The position numbers were made by a program, and so were the translations under genes. A stretch of DNA of 64,000 nucleotides from the NCBI GenBank assembly GCA_028534125.1, contig CM052818.1, forward strand, positions 32,738,001-32,802,000. The letters run 5' to 3'. Shown piece after piece: positions 1 to 14,392 of the stretch. Under the pieces are notes generated by a model. That model was not told the DNA's origin and made no database searches. It saw nothing but the letters and a program-made list of their open reading frames with translations. Numbering within the stretch: position 1 is the stretch's first letter; every line of letters starts with the position of its first letter. This DNA comes from Lama glama (lineage: Eukaryota).

Positions 1-569
1 CTGGGTCAGAAAATTCATTTTGGGCTCCTCACATCTTTTGTTGGACTCTGTATAATCTGTGACAGATTCCTAAACGCATTTGACAAAGTGAATTTATAAA
101 ACTTTAGGAGACATCAGGGTGTCTGTATTTCTAACATCTATAGTATTAAAGGCATGCATGGCATGAATAATCCCAAACTGTGAGTGATCAAGAAATTACT
201 GCTGCTTACCTTTGGGGTGGGTTTTTTTCTCCATAATTTTCTAGTTGTTTAGCTTATGCTACTATTAACATTAATTTTTATCCCTGAGATACATGATGAC
301 TTACAGCTGGAGTTACATTTCAAAAAGACATGCTGGAAACAAAACAAAACAAAGACATGCTAGAGTTTAAACTTTTCATTTTCACTATAGACTGATCTGG
401 GACAGCCTACAAATGGTATCAAATCACCTCAGACAGAGATGGGTGGAAAATTAATTGCTATAAGTTAAAATGTAGTAATCTTCTGTAAAACTCCAGTATA
501 CTATGTTAAATAGTTTGCAAGTTTTTCAGACATGCACAAAAACACCAATATCTTTTAAGTATTTGAAAG

Positions 570-1250
570 GCCTAACTTCATCCATAACAAAAGAAATGAA
601 AATTCAGACTACAGTCATAAACTATATGCAATTTGTAGATTGACACAGATAAAAGATTTGGTAACTCTTTGTTGGAGAGAGTATGGAGTTATAGGCACTC
701 TAATATACTGTTGATCGAGTGTAAATCGGGTTTTTTTTGGAGGACAATTTGGTAATGATTTTCAAAATAAATTCACATACCCCTTGAGCCAGCAATTCCA
801 TTTTTAGGGCTTTATCCTATAGATATACTGGCTCATGTGTACAAAGACTTAGGCAAAATAATTTTCATTCCAATATTGTTTGTAATAACATAAGGCTAGA
901 ATCAAGCTACATGTTCATCAGTAGGTGATGGGTTAAATAAACTATGGCATAACCATACAATAGAAAATAATATCTATTTAAAAAAATACAATAGATCGTT
1001 AGTCACTGAAATGGTATTGGTAAGTAAGAAGGAAGGTACAAGACAGTATATATAATAGGTCACAACTTGTGTTAAAAGCAAAGAGAAAGAGATAGTTGCA
1101 CACTTGTATAAGCACCAACTGTCTTGGGAAGGGTGAATAACTTTGGTAATATGATCGCCTCTGAAGAGGGAGATTGGGGATTTGGTAGACACTTTGTAAC
1201 CTTGAACTATTTGAATTATTTTTTCATATCCATGTAATTTAATATCTTTG
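570..1250 (+). mobile_element. Old L1 (L1ME-like) 3' fragment
   Basis: cccttgagccagcaattccatttttagg, tgttcatcagtaggtgatgggttaaataaactatgg. Confidence 0.65.
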
Positions 1251-1317
1251 CAAAATAAATTTCAGACATTTTTAATGAACTGATTAATATGTAATATCAT
1301 TTTTTTAAAAAAATTAA

Positions 1318-1533
<216 letters not shown>

Positions 1534-4436
1534 TGATATTACCTAAAACTGACTACAAAGAAAATAAGGACCACACTTCTTTTGTATACAATAAAGTCTT
1601 CCTTCATTATTTGCTCCATTTCTGATTCTAAGAGTGGGGGAATATTTTCCTTTAATATTAGATGAGATTTAAAGCAGAAGGACAGACTGAATTAGGTGCC
1701 AAAGTTGTTAATAAAAGTGGGATAATGATGAAATATTGGAGGAGTAGAGCATCATGAACTTTAGCATTTCTAGGATAAAGAAAATAATTTGGAAGCAGCA
1801 TTGGGAACATATTGAGCCTAGCACCTGACCTAATGTGAGATTTGGGGGACTAAACAGGCTCCATTTTCGAGGGAGCAGGCAAGAAGCATCTTTAGATACA
1901 AATCATGATGAGGATGTAGGGGAGTGTTCATTAAACGTGTTGAGGATAGAGGCATATTTATTATGAACAAAGCTCCAGAAAGTTGAGTAGAGGGATTTGT
2001 GAGGAAGTGGAGCAGAAGGAGGCTGAGTTAGGGGAGAAGCAGCAGAGTAGTAGGAAGAGAAAAGGATAGATGACAAAAGGATGCCATTTTAAGCTGTGAC
2101 CAGTGATGGTGGAGATGTGGGACATAGAGGTATTAGTTGAACACAAAGTTTCAGAATTCCAGTATAAGTTGCCTTATCCTTGATGATGCCATTATCAGTT
2201 CATAGTTTGACACTATGGACTGAGGTCTGGGTAAGGAATCTTCTTCGCTTGTTTCAATTGGCTATGGGAAGGTTAGATTATTTTAGGGCCTCTATAATGG
2301 ACACTAAGTGAGAAATGAAGTAAAGTTCGAAGAGGTGAATTTTATGGTTCTTCTCTCTAATATAAAAGAGCCAATAATTATAGTGGGACAGATTCCTGGA
2401 TACAAGGACTACAGGTTTTTTTTTTTTTCCTCATCCTCGTTTGGCTTGTGTATTATAGCTCAATAAGGGCAGAAGGAGGACTTGCTCTATGCAGGCCATC
2501 CAGAGGAATGTCACAGATACCTGGGAGGTTAATTGGTCATCAGAATTTTGCTTGATGAGCATGAAACACAACAAAATATTTTAACAGTATCATTACAACC
2601 ATGTAGAAATCTGTTGAATCATCCATCCCTGATCTAAGGGAAAGAATACTCCTTATTAAGTCTATTCAGTTGAATCTTGAGTAATAGTGCCAGATGAATA
2701 CTCAGTATGAGAGAATATAGAAGGAAGAAAACTGTCAGCTGCTAGGGAAGAGTCATGTACTACTGGGGCAAAGAATTATATATGATGTTAAACTACTCAT
2801 AACAGAGACTTACTAAGTTAAAGCTAGATTATAAAGAATTTTCCTTTCTTTAAGAAAGTCTCTAAAAAGTGTTAGTTGGTAAAAGTGCTGCTTAAAGGTA
2901 GGACTTGAACAAAAATCAAGAGGTGTATAATAGACATAAGTTTCTATTCATATTCCCACCACTTGTTTTCCGGTTATTGTTATCCTAGTCGATTATTGCT
3001 TCCTAGACTACTTACTTCCTCTCCTAGCTGCCATCTCACCCCCTGGGCCTTCACACTTCCAATCCATTCTCTTCATCTCTAGATTAATCACATTCTTGTA
3101 CTGTCACTCTTCTGCTGAGAAACCAGTTAGGAGCTTTTCATTCAAAGACTTACGGTGTCCTTCAGAATCTGATCTCAACCTTCCTTCTCTAGCCATGTAT
3201 GTAACCTGCCTACACACCTGCCATTCAGAATGATGGTAAATGAATAAAAAAGGTGTTAAACCACAAAGACAAAGAGAACAGAAGAAGAAAAATGGCTAGT
3301 AAAAGATTCTTAAAAAATTTTAACAAATTTTGGAAACAGCCTAACCGTCAAAAAAGGAATGGACACGATGGAATACTAACAATAGTATTATTTAACATAG
3401 TGAAATAAATGAATTATATCTACATCAATAAATCTCAAAGACATAGTACTTACTGGAAGATGAATTACGCGAGAAAATGTATGGAATGGCCACATATGTG
3501 TAAAATTTGAAAAACAGTACCATATATTGTTTGTAGCTATATACATTTAGCTATATACATTTTACATGTTGTAAAAGCATAAAATTATTCGGGAACATTA
3601 CCAACTTTAGGACAATGATTATCTCTGAAGAGAGAAAAGGTAGAGGTGAATAGAGAGAAGTAAGTTTTAGAGTCCATTCAGCCTGATTCACTCAGGCTCC
3701 ATAATAGCCAGTATGACCTTGGGTAAGTTACTTAATCTTTCTTTGCCTCGGTCACCTTATGTATTAAACAGGAATAGTAATTAATAGTAACAATAATAAT
3801 ACCTATTTCATAGAATTGTTGGGGATTAAATGAGATTTTTCTGTAAAGTACATAAAATTGTACTTGATATATAGTAAGATTAATTTAATATTAGCTATGA
3901 TTTTCATCATTACTAGTTTTCTCCTTTTTCCCTTTTCTCCACCTGTTTAAATTCCACTCTTCCTTCAAAGCTTAGATCAAAGGTAGCCTCCTCCATGGAC
4001 TATACCATAATCATCTAAATTGAGGATTATCATCTTCCTCTGAATTTCTGAACCACTTTTTTGATTCAGCAAACATCTATTAAAGACCTGATGTGTGCTA
4101 TGAACATGTGTGCTAAGACAAAAATGAATTATACATTTACAGGAGCTTTCAATCTAGAAGAGATAGACATACAAATAATTATTAGAAAGACTCAGAAGCA
4201 TGAAACACTGTGGCTGTAGAATTGGGTCTAATGAGGAGATGAAGCTGCAGATGCAGTCATGAGGGACTAGATAATGGAGAACACTTGTGTGTCGGGCATA
4301 TGGACATTATCTTGTAGATAATAGGGAACCACTGATGAGTTTTTAAGTAGAAGAGTAGAATGTCCAGATTCCTAGTTTAGAATAAGTCTGGTGGAAGAAA
4401 GGAATTTACATCATCTATGTCAAAAGCTATTGTAAT

Positions 4437-4573
4437 TGGAGGGAGGGTATAGCTCAGTGGTAGAGTAAATGCTTAGCATGCACAAGGTCCTGGGTTCAAT
4501 CCCCAGTACCTCCATTAAAATAAATAAATAAATAAACCTAATTACCTCCCACTACCAAAAACATTTTTTTAAA
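4437..4573 (+). mobile_element. tRNA-derived SINE (camelid Vic-1-like)
   Basis: A box tagctcagtggtaga, B box ggttcaatcc, (TAAA)n-acctaattacctccc tail; TSD aaaag(c/g)tattgtaat at 4422-4436 and 4574-4588. Confidence 0.85.
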
Positions 4574-4899
4574 AAAAGGTATTGTAATGTTTCAACAAGA
4601 TATGTTGAGGTCCTGACCTACGGCATTAGCAGTAGGATGAATTTGAGGAATACTAAGAGGTAGATTTGTAGGCTTGGATAATTTTAATCCAAACAAAAGC
4701 ATCAAAAGCCTACATATTCTCAAAAGAGAATTCAAGATAAAGAAAATAATGATTCTAAACTTTCTGATTTCAGTGACCAGTGAATGTTAGCTTAGCATAC
4801 AGCATTCAAGAGGATTGGCAGGTTTCTTGGTAATCTTGACTTTTGGTCTTTGTCAATAACATAATAAAACTACAGTCAGAGAAACCCATTTATCTCCAT

Positions 4900-5895
4900 A
4901 ATGTTGGCCCTTTGATTCAGTCCTTGAGATCTTTACTTGGATATCTAATAGGCATCTAAAACTCAGATCCAGGTCTGAATTCTTGAATATTTCTCCCCAA
5001 GCTTGTTCTTCCCATTGTCTTCATTTTCCTCAATAGTATATGACATCTCCATTCTTTCAGTGGCTTAGGCTAAAAACATTGGATTCATTCTCACTCCTCT
5101 CTTTCATAACCCACAGCCAATCCTAATTCTAATTGGCTCTATTTTTTCAAAATATATACCACTTCTCATCACATCCAATGCTATGTTCTATTGCAAGTCA
5201 CCATCTTCCCTTGCACTCTCTTAGCCTTTTCTATATATACATTTTAAAAATATGTCAGGATGTACTTAATGCCACTAAATTGTACACGTGATATGACAAA
5301 TTTTATGTTTACCACACACACAAAAGTTTAAAAAGTCAAACCATGTCTAAAACTCTTCAGTGGCTTTTCTCTTCCTGAGTAAAGCTAAAGCCTGTAAGAT
5401 TTTACATAATCTGTCTCTCCCCGACTCCCACCACATCCCCAGCATCTGAGAACTCACCTCTTACCATTTTATCCCTTCTGTCTCCACTGCAGCGACAGTG
5501 GCCTTCTCAGACTCAAGTATCAGACAGCCTCAGAGTATTTGTATGTGCTGCACTCTCCATCTGAAGCACACATCCCCCCTAAATTTCCACAGGGTAAGCT
5601 TAATCGTTTTCTTCAGGTCTCTTCACTGAGCAGCCTATGTATAAAATATTACTTCCTTTCTGTGCCCTGTCACTCTGTTCTTCATATTCTCCTTTATAGT
5701 CCTATAGTTCTTCATGTCACTCATCGCCCTCTCAATTATATTTATTGGACTTCTGTTTAATGTCTGTCCCTTATTAGAATGTAAGTTCCTATGGAAAAAA
5801 AATACAATAGAAGCTCCCATTATATTTTTAACCACTTAGCAAAGTGCTTGGCACATGGAAGGTACTCAATAAATATTTGGTGAATAAAGTAATAA
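4900..5895 (+). mobile_element. LINE-2 3' remnant
   Basis: acttggatatctaataggcatc ... gtgcttggcacatggaaggtactcaataaatatttggtgaataaa. Confidence 0.7.
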
Positions 5896-6270
5896 TGAAT
5901 GATGATTATTACTGTTTTTTTTAAATACATAAACAGTAGAATAATTGCTAATTAAGTAAATATAATGATGTACCACCTAGATTAGGTTTCTGGAGTTATC
6001 TATCAATAGGTCACTTTATTTTCTATTTTTGACCATATTTATTTTTGTTTTAAATGAATTTCTTTTGAAAATTTCATTTACTCATTATATTCATTTGACA
6101 TCTTTTGTGAGTACAGCCTGTTATTCTGCAGTTAAATGAAGAATAAAGTTGCATTTCAGAATCTCTAAAATTAATATTCAGATCTTTTCTCTTGAATATA
6201 AAAACATATTTGAGATAATGTGAATTTCTATTGCCAAAAGCTGAACTAAAGCACTGAAACTTTATATATA

Positions 6271-6498
6271 TATTTGACCTTTGAACAACGCAAGGTTTAG
6301 AGGCACTGATCCTACATGCTGTCAAAAATCCGAGTAACTTATAGTTGGCCCTCCTTATCCATGGTTCCAATGTATTTGGGGTTCTTCATCTTCGGATTCA
6401 ACCAACCACAGATCATGGAGTACTGTAGTGTTTACTATTGAAAATAAATCCGTGCATAGTGGACCCACACAGTTCAATTGTTGTTCAAGGGTCAACTC
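6271..6498. mobile_element. TcMar-Tigger MITE (MER8/Tigger2-like)
   Basis: Terminal inverted repeats ttgacctttgaacaac ... gttgttcaagggtcaa; ~230 bp. Confidence 0.8.
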
Positions 6499-6798
6499 TT
6501 TGTCTAAGTATATGTATGTGTATAAAATACAGCTAGATTCCTTTATTATCAGTATTGCCAACTACAAGACATGCCATTATGATTTTTATGTAGTCAAGTA
6601 CTATGAAAAATTGTGTAGTAATAAATGTGCCTTTTTGAGAGGAGTAAAATGACAGTCATTAGTACAATATTACAAAACAATGAGATACTTTAACTGGGTA
6701 ATTGCTTTCCCAAAGTGTGTCATTTCACCACGGTAAGAAAAGAAAACTTATGCTTTATTTAAACAAAACTCAGTCTGATTCTCTTTCCCCCATCACAG

Positions 6799-6890
6799 GT
6801 AGCTTTGGATATGTTGAATCCTCAAGTTGCTTTGCCTGTTTTATATCCAAATCTTAAACAAGGTGGTATATGTGCTGTATATCTAGCAAA
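6799..6890 (+). CDS. TRMT61B: TRMT61B coding exon
   Basis: cacag|GTA GCT TTG GAT ATG ... GCA AA|gtgagt; 92 bp; [30 protein letters not shown](N), containing the TrmI-family LDxxxP motif. Confidence 0.95.
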
Positions 6891-6928
6891 GTGAGTAATG
6901 TGGCTGTTCTTCATAATAATGTTATTTT

Positions 6929-7085
6929 TTATATAAATGTCTTTTGTTTTGTTTTGTGGGGGGAGGTAATTAGGTTTATTTGTTTATTATTGTTATTTTT
7001 TATTTAACTGACGTTCTGGGGATTGAACCCATGACCTCATGCATGCTAGGCATTCGCTCTACCACTGAGCTATACCCTCTCCCTT
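6929..7085 (-). mobile_element. tRNA-derived SINE (Vic-1-like)
   Basis: Reverse complement of the same SINE; TSD ataatgttatttt at 6916-6928 and 7086-7098. Confidence 0.85.
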
Positions 7086-7517
7086 ATAATGTTATTTTAA
7101 ACACACTTTTATTTTGTTTTAAGTACTAGACTAAAATGTTCATTTTGTAACTGAGTTAAGTGTATATGTCATCTTGTAAAACTGTTACACAATAGCATAT
7201 GTCCCAAATTCAGTTACACTGCTGTAATCATCCTTTACATAAATGGTAATATAAGATGCATATTTCTTTTGAAAATTTAGAAGAAAAGCTTTTTAAAGTG
7301 TAATGTGAACAATGATGTTAAATTATAGTCTCTGTATTTTTTTACTTAGTATTCTGTAAAATTGCTTCTTATGTGCCCTAACTTGCATTTTTACTCCCCC
7401 TCTCCTTGATTTAAGGATAGCATTTAAATTGGGGTAAGAGCTGTAGTAAATTTTAAAAAGTATATAAAGTTATTGTTCTGGTAGAAGTTTTAAGTACATT
7501 TTTCACTCTTCTGAAAG

Positions 7518-7744
7518 CATCACACAGGTCATTGAACTTTTAGACGAAATTCGAATCTGTGAACTTGCCCTCTCATGTGAAAAGATAAGTGAAGTTATTG
7601 TCAGAGATTGGTTGGTTTGCCTTGCAAAACAGAAAAATGGAATTTTACCTCAAAAAGTGAAACCTAAGATCAACACAGATTTACAATTACATTCTCAAAA
7701 GAAAATTAGAATTGAAGGTGAGATGTTTCAAGAGGATGACCATG
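7518..7744 (+). CDS. TRMT61B: TRMT61B coding exon
   Basis: gaaag|C ATC ACA CAG ... GAC CAT G|gtaag; 227 bp; [75 protein letters not shown]; overlaps ORF-track 7612..7863. Confidence 0.95.
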
Positions 7745-8426
7745 GTAAGCTTCGGTTTTATTTTACACATGTGTTTGCAATAATAAATGGAGACTACATT
7801 CCTGAATATATTAGGCAATACATTATAAAAGTATTTCTCAAGCATTTATTATTTTTCTTATAGAAATTGAAATGTATTTATTCTGTTAAATTAAAATCTG
7901 ACAGGAATAATAACTTTTCTTGCCTTTTATATAAAACTGATACCTTTGAAGAACTGAACTTACAATATTCATATTTTACTTATGATAAGGGGATTGGCTT
8001 ATGAAATACTTTAAATATACTAAAAAATGTTTTAAATATAGATTACTGATTATCACTGAAGAGAAAGAATTAAATAGGACCTGATATGCAAGTAACTAAT
8101 ATTCCAAAAAGCAACTTCTGAGATGCTGCTGGAAGTTTTCAAAGAACTAAATTTAGGTCCTTGTTGTATGTACACATTGTTTAGGCCACTAACAAGTTTT
8201 CAACATCTGCTGATTTATGATATGAGCTTATACATTTGCTTATAGAATCATATATAAGTTTATCATGTAATCTTTGATAAATTGTTTCTGTAACGTAACT
8301 GTCAGAGTAGCTCCAAAACATGTTAAAAAAAAAAAGCCTGAGAGAAAAAACTTACAGGAAAGGGATAGTAATTTGAATTTTAACACTTTTGTGAACAAAC
8401 TATAAAATATTTTGTGTAGCTTATAA

Positions 8427-8531
<105 letters not shown>

Positions 8532-8606
8532 TAATGGTTTCAGGTTATACTGTATGGTGTCTTCTCATTACTGCAATGACCTTACTATTTTCTCCCCTAC
8601 AATTAG

Positions 8607-8650
8607 CTTTTCTTGTCAAGTTGAGGAAGTGCAAACCACAGCTTAACTGA
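8607..8650 (+). CDS. TRMT61B: TRMT61B last coding exon (to stop)
   Basis: attag|CT TTT CTT GTC AAG TTG AGG AAG TGC AAA CCA CAG CTT AAC TGA; (A)FLVKLRKCKPQLN*; completes the TrmI HT(A/G)FL motif; preceded by an 80-nt intron. Confidence 0.95.
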
Positions 8651-8908
8651 GTACACCAGATGAGAACAACTGATTTGAAGGTGGAAAAGCATCAAAATAG
8701 AACTTTATATTGCAAATCACTACTTTCATAAATTGGTATGTTTAGCTATGATTTGTATAATTTTTATGTGTAATTCTGAAAAGTAATGAAAGCTAAAGAA
8801 AGACATGTAACATTTCAAAACTGCTTAAATGTCCCATTTTGACACTTGTCTTGCAGTTAGTTTGACATTTTGTAGTTAATGATTCCAGGTTGGTTTAGTT
8901 GAGCCATC

Positions 8909-8997
8909 TCATTCTTCACTTCCTGTAAACCACTCCATAGATTTGTCTTTCTTCATGAAATTAGTTTTCTTTTCTTTGTTTGATTGCTGGTCATTGG
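8909..8997 (-). CDS. SPDYA: SPDYA last coding exon of the long isoform (Speedy A2-type)
   Basis: Minus strand: tttattttggtag|CC AAT GAC ... GAA GAA TGA; (A)NDQQSNKEKKTNFMKKDKSMEWFTGSEE*; phase matches the donor at 15379; full CDS 939 nt = 312 aa. Confidence 0.92.
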
Positions 8998-9004
8998 CTA
9001 CCAA

Positions 9005-9010
9005 AATAAA
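9005..9010 (+). terminator. TRMT61B: Probable TRMT61B polyadenylation signal (AATAAA)
   Basis: First AATAAA seen after the stop (~355 nt downstream), followed by a TG/T-rich downstream element at about 9031-9080. Confidence 0.7.
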
Positions 9011-11869
9011 ATATGCATTTTAAGGTAAATTTTATGTATCTGTGTATTTTAAATATGTATTTTAATGGCTTGTGTGTATCTTAAAAATAATGAATCTGGG
9101 TTATAGTAAATAATAGGGGGAAAACTGATAAAAATGGTATAACCTTAAAAATTATAACAAAAGATGTAACAATTCTTGAATCTTTTTTAGCCTTCTCAGA
9201 ATCATTTTAACCAGTTTGAAAGAACATCAGAATTATTCTGTTGTTATATAAATCAAATGTTTGAAGAGATACACTGTATAAATATGAATTAATTAGGACT
9301 AGGGCTTATTTTTATTCATAGGTACCAATTACTTAACACTTACCATGTGCCTTACATTGTTTTAAGAACCTTATAATGTCTTTTCATTTAATATGTACAG
9401 CTTATCCTTAAGGTTATCTATATTTTACAGATAAATAAAAGCTTAGAGTTGTTTAAATATAGATGTTTTATAGGTTTTGAAGTAGTAGTGCCTGGGAGGA
9501 TAAATGGTAGTTATCCTTTAGGCTAAAACTATTTAGAATAGAATATATATATACACACATATACACACATATATTTTAAATAACATTTTACCTAATTTTT
9601 ATTATGTGGAAAATTTTAATCTAAAATCTCTGCCTTTTTAGACTGTAGTCTGTGGTAGGGGCCAGACATTAAATAATCATACAAATACAAAACTAAGACT
9701 GTTATAAATGCTACAGAGAAGTACAGGGTACTATAATAGGGGTTTTGCTCTGGTCAAGTAATTACCTGTGCCAGTAACAATTGAGTTGAGACCCGACCGG
9801 TAGGTAAAAGTTTATTACAGCAGGGAAAATGAGAACAAAAAAGGCCATTGAAGTGAGGGTTCACTCAAAGAGACTGGAAAGATAGGCAGGGGTCCAGCCA
9901 TGTGGGATCCTGTAAACCTGCTAAGGAGTTTGTCTATCCTAAGAAAAATGGGGTGCTATTGAAAGTATTTAATACAGTAGTGGGTAACATGCTTAGATCT
10001 GTGTTTTGGAAAAAAAAATCACTCTGGTTGCATTTGGAGAACTGATTGAATCATAAGCAGAGTGGTCTTCTGGTGCCATTTCTGTGTAAGTATCTGAACA
10101 CTCGTACACTAAAAGCTTTAAAGTTTTCATAACATTTCCAGATATATAGAAGCCCTGGTGTACATTTTTAAATTCCATCATGGAATATTCCCTTTCTTCT
10201 GCCCTTCTATTTAACTACTAGTGAAATTGTATCCTTCATTTATTGTTTTAAGTGTAGGCCCTAACTGTACTTCCTGGAGAAGGCGCTGGCTTAAGAGCAA
10301 AGAAAAGTTGTGCTTTCTCCTATTTCATTTAATATAGTTTCTGTTAAGTACACTGTGCTCAACAGATGTTGAATTGAACAAGACCTAACAGTGTCCATTC
10401 TAATATTGAGTTGAAAACCAAACTACATAAGCAAATAAGCATTTATTTATATAGTTAATAAAGTCCAGCTTAAGCCCTTTATCCATCTCTCCATTGTACA
10501 CTGCATTGTGGGTCTTCTAAAGTTAGCTTTCTGTGTTCATGTCTGGCTCTCATTTACCATAATATAAACTCCTGGAGATCTGTGACTTTCACAAGTGTCT
10601 TCCCCATAATTTACAGAGGTCCTGACCTTTCCACCCAGTAAATGGTCAATGAAAGTTTACTGATGGCTTGAAACCTACACTGGATCAAGTATTGTTTTAT
10701 CTGTTGACCTGGTTGTCCTAGGGGGATGTTTAAGTATGTAGCTTGTGGACTGTGGAAGACTGAGCTTTATACTTCAGAGGCAATAGAGAACTTCAAAGTT
10801 TCCATGGTCATGTAAAAGGAGACATTTAAAAAAAAAACTTACTCTGTTAGTAGTGTCTGAGCATTTGAAGGAAGAAAAAAACTATTAAATCAGAAATTTC
10901 ATAGTAATACATAGAGTACAACTATGAGGTGATTGGTAGCAATATACAACTATGAGGTGCAGAAAAGGGGCAAATGTAAAAAAATATTGTGAAGGAAGAG
11001 CCAGATAGGCTGGTGGTTCATTGGATATATATAGAGAGAAGCTATATATAGTCAAACTTTTATCCACTGTTCAGAAGCCCTTTCCCTTACTTCTCTGGGC
11101 AAAACAGGATTCAGTCAATGCCCAGTTGATAAATTACTTCCTTGGTACAGCCTTCACCAAATCTCTCACCCTTCAGAATTAATTCTGGAACCTATTGTTT
11201 CAGGATGACAGAGGGTAGCAACACAAAGAAAAATTATTGATAATATATATATACTTGACCAGTAAACATTTACTTTCATTTTCCCTCACTAAGCTTAACA
11301 AGGGAGTAGGCTAATTGGCGGTGGGAGATTTAAGGGTAACCTCAGGAATGGAATGGTGGTCAGGAATAGTGGTCAGTTGCTTACTGCCTCAGCAGCTTCT
11401 AATTCCCAGTAGCAGCATCTGCCAGCAAAGTTTTTTTCCTCCAGTCCACAAAAGGTGGTTGGAATCACCTAAGGTTTGTGGTTGCAGACAACTCAATTTA
11501 CCATTCTCCAGGAGAGACATGAGCATCCAAAAGACCCGCTTTTTTTTTTTTCTTAAGCAAGCTGACTGGCAGAGCCCCTTTCTCCCTGTTTGCTCTGATT
11601 TCCTGTTGAAATATCAAAGCCTAAAACATAGAATGTGACTACTCTTGATATCTACAGGGGCTAGTTTGAATAAAATATAAGTGCTTCTGTGTTTTCTATA
11701 AATAATCTGTTCAAATTGTGGTGGGAATTCTCTCCCAATTCACTCCATACAAACAACCTTTCATCAGGGACTTTGTTCTTAATGCTTTCACCAATTCCTT
11801 AGTCCTTGGTAGTCTGCTAGACTTCTGTGGCAGTCCATTTCCACCACCAAAGGCAGTATTTCATCAAAG

Positions 11870-12110
11870 GGTGCAGCAGAACATAATAGGAATTCCATCT
11901 GTAGCCAAGTCAGACAGACCTGCATTCAAATGTCACTCTATCACCTTGGGCAAATTATTTAACCTCACTAAGCCTTTGTTTCCTTATCTGCAAAGTGGAG
12001 ACAACAGTAATTACCTTAAGGCTGGCTGTGAATATTAAGTGAAGTTATGAATATAAAATGCTTAACACATTGCATGGACCATTTTAAACATCTAGTAAAT
12101 CTTACCTATT
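11870..12110 (+). mobile_element. MIR SINE (other MIRs at about 3690-3900, 16090-16460, 17990-18300, 19700-19910, 25090-25255 and 32950-33110)
   Basis: MIR core ccttgggcaaattatttaacctc...gcctttgtttccttatctgcaaagtggag. Confidence 0.75.
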
Positions 12111-14318
12111 ATAAGGATTAAAGAGTGTAGGGAAAAGGAGCTACTAGGAGAGAGGGGAGGGATGCTAAAAGGCAACTCTTACTTTATAATTTAGACTATG
12201 GTAGACCCCACTTACCTTCAAATATGAATAAACAAGTAAAAATGCTTGGAGGTGTTATAAGGGAAGAGACTATACTGTCAGTCAAATTTGTTTAGTGATT
12301 ACTATGGCCAGGGGATAGAACAATGACTGAGGCATGCCCCTTACCTTCAAGAGTCTTAATAGTCTAGTTTCTTTTTAGTAAAACTTTAGTAGCCACTGCT
12401 AATCTCATAAGGATGTGGTAAAAATAAACAGGTGAAATTGTGAAATGATGTGAGTCTCATTATAGAATTAGAACCATAAGATATCTATGAGTCCTATATT
12501 CAGATGGGTGAAAATCTGGGACAAAGGGTATATAAGAAGTAAAAAGGATCACTGCTGGTAGAATATTATTTTGGTTCTGTTTCAAATTGAGAAATGTCAG
12601 AGAAACACTCTACCTTTATAAATACAATTTAAATGAAAATTAAGTGTGACTGACTAAAAGTATTTCCAATTCATATGATTATTTTCAAATTAATATAAGA
12701 TACCATTGTTCAAAACCACTTAAATTCCAATAAAAAATGAAATATACAAATAAATGGTGGTACTTATACCATGTCATAACTAAAAATCAGGTTTCAAAGA
12801 CTAAATAATGACAGGGAAATGCTTTATGATAAGTGAAAAAACTAAGTGTAAATATAGTATAGTTCTATTTTTTAAATAGAAATAGGAAAGTGTATATATT
12901 ACAAAGCTACAGCAATCAAAACATGGTATTGGCATAAAAACAGGCACATAGATCAATGGAACAGAACAGAGAGACCACAAATAAACCCATACATATATGG
13001 TTAATTTATGACAAAGGAGCCAAAAAGATACACTTAGGAAAGAATAGTCTCTTCAATAAATGGGGCTGGAAAACTGGACAGATACGTATAAAAGAATGAA
13101 ACGGAACCACTATCTTAAACCATGCACAAAATCAATTCAAAATGGATTGAAGACTTGAATGTAAGACCTGAAACTACAAAACTCCTAGAAGAAGCAGAGG
13201 GGTAAGGTCCTTGACATTGGTCTTGGCAACTGGTTTTTGGATTTCACACTAAAAGCAAAGGCAACAAAAGCAAAAATAAACAGTGAGACTACATCAAATT
13301 ACAAAGCTGATGTAAAGTAAAAAAAACCATCAACAAAATGTAAAGGCAGCCTACAGAATGGGAGAAAATATTTACAAATCATATATCTGACAAGAAGTTA
13401 ATACCCAAATATATAAAGAACTCATTCAATTCAATAGAAAAAAATCCAAGTAAAAAAATAGGCAGAGGAGTTTGCAGCAACATTGATGGATCCAGAGATG
13501 ATCATGCTAAGTAAAGTAAGTCAGATAAAGACAAATATTATCTATCACTTACATGTGGAATGTAAGAAAGATGACACAAACAAACTTACTTACAAAACAG
13601 AAACAGACAGACATAGAAAACAAACTTATGGTTACCAAAGCGGTGAGAGGGAGGGATAAATTAGGAGTCCGGGATTAGCAGATACAAACTACTATATACA
13701 AAACAGATAAACAACAAGGTCCTACTGTATAGCATAGGGAACTATATTCAACAGCTTATCATAACCTAGAATGAAAAAGAATATATATATAAAACTAAGT
13801 CACTATGCTGTACACCAAAAACTAACACAACTTTGTAAATCAAATATACTTCAATTAAAAAATTTTTTAAATTTTTTGGGTTAAGGAAATGAGTAGACAT
13901 TTTTCCAAAGAAGACATACAAATGGCTAACAGGTACATGAAAAGGTGTTTAATACCACTAATAAGCAGGGAAATACAAATAAAAACCATAATGAGATACC
14001 ATCTTACACCTGTTAGAATGGCTGTTAACAAGAAATAGCACGTGTTGGTGAGGATGTGGAAAAAAGGGAACTTTTATGTACTGTTGGATGCAGACACTAT
14101 GGAAAACAGTATGGAGCTTCCTCAAAAAATTAAAACTAGAACTACCATATTATCCAGTTATTCTACTTGTGGATAATTATCTGAAGGAAACAAAATCACT
14201 ATTTTGAAAAGATATCTGCACCACAGCATTATTTGCAACAGTTAAGACATAGAATGGAAACAACCTAAGTGTCCATTGACAGATGAATGGATAAAGAAAA
14301 TAAAGAAAATGTGACTAT

Positions 14319-14321
14319 ACA

Positions 14322-14363
<42 letters not shown>
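14319..14363. repeat. (CA)n microsatellite
   Basis: About 22 CA units with one interruption. Confidence 0.95.
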
Positions 14364-14369
<6 letters not shown>

Positions 14370-14392
14370 ATATTAAAAAAGAAGGAAATCCT

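Noticed and set aside
4437..4515. Functional tRNA gene
   Set aside because: It has a SINE tail and TSD, and multiple diverged copies exist, so it is a SINE rather than a tRNA gene
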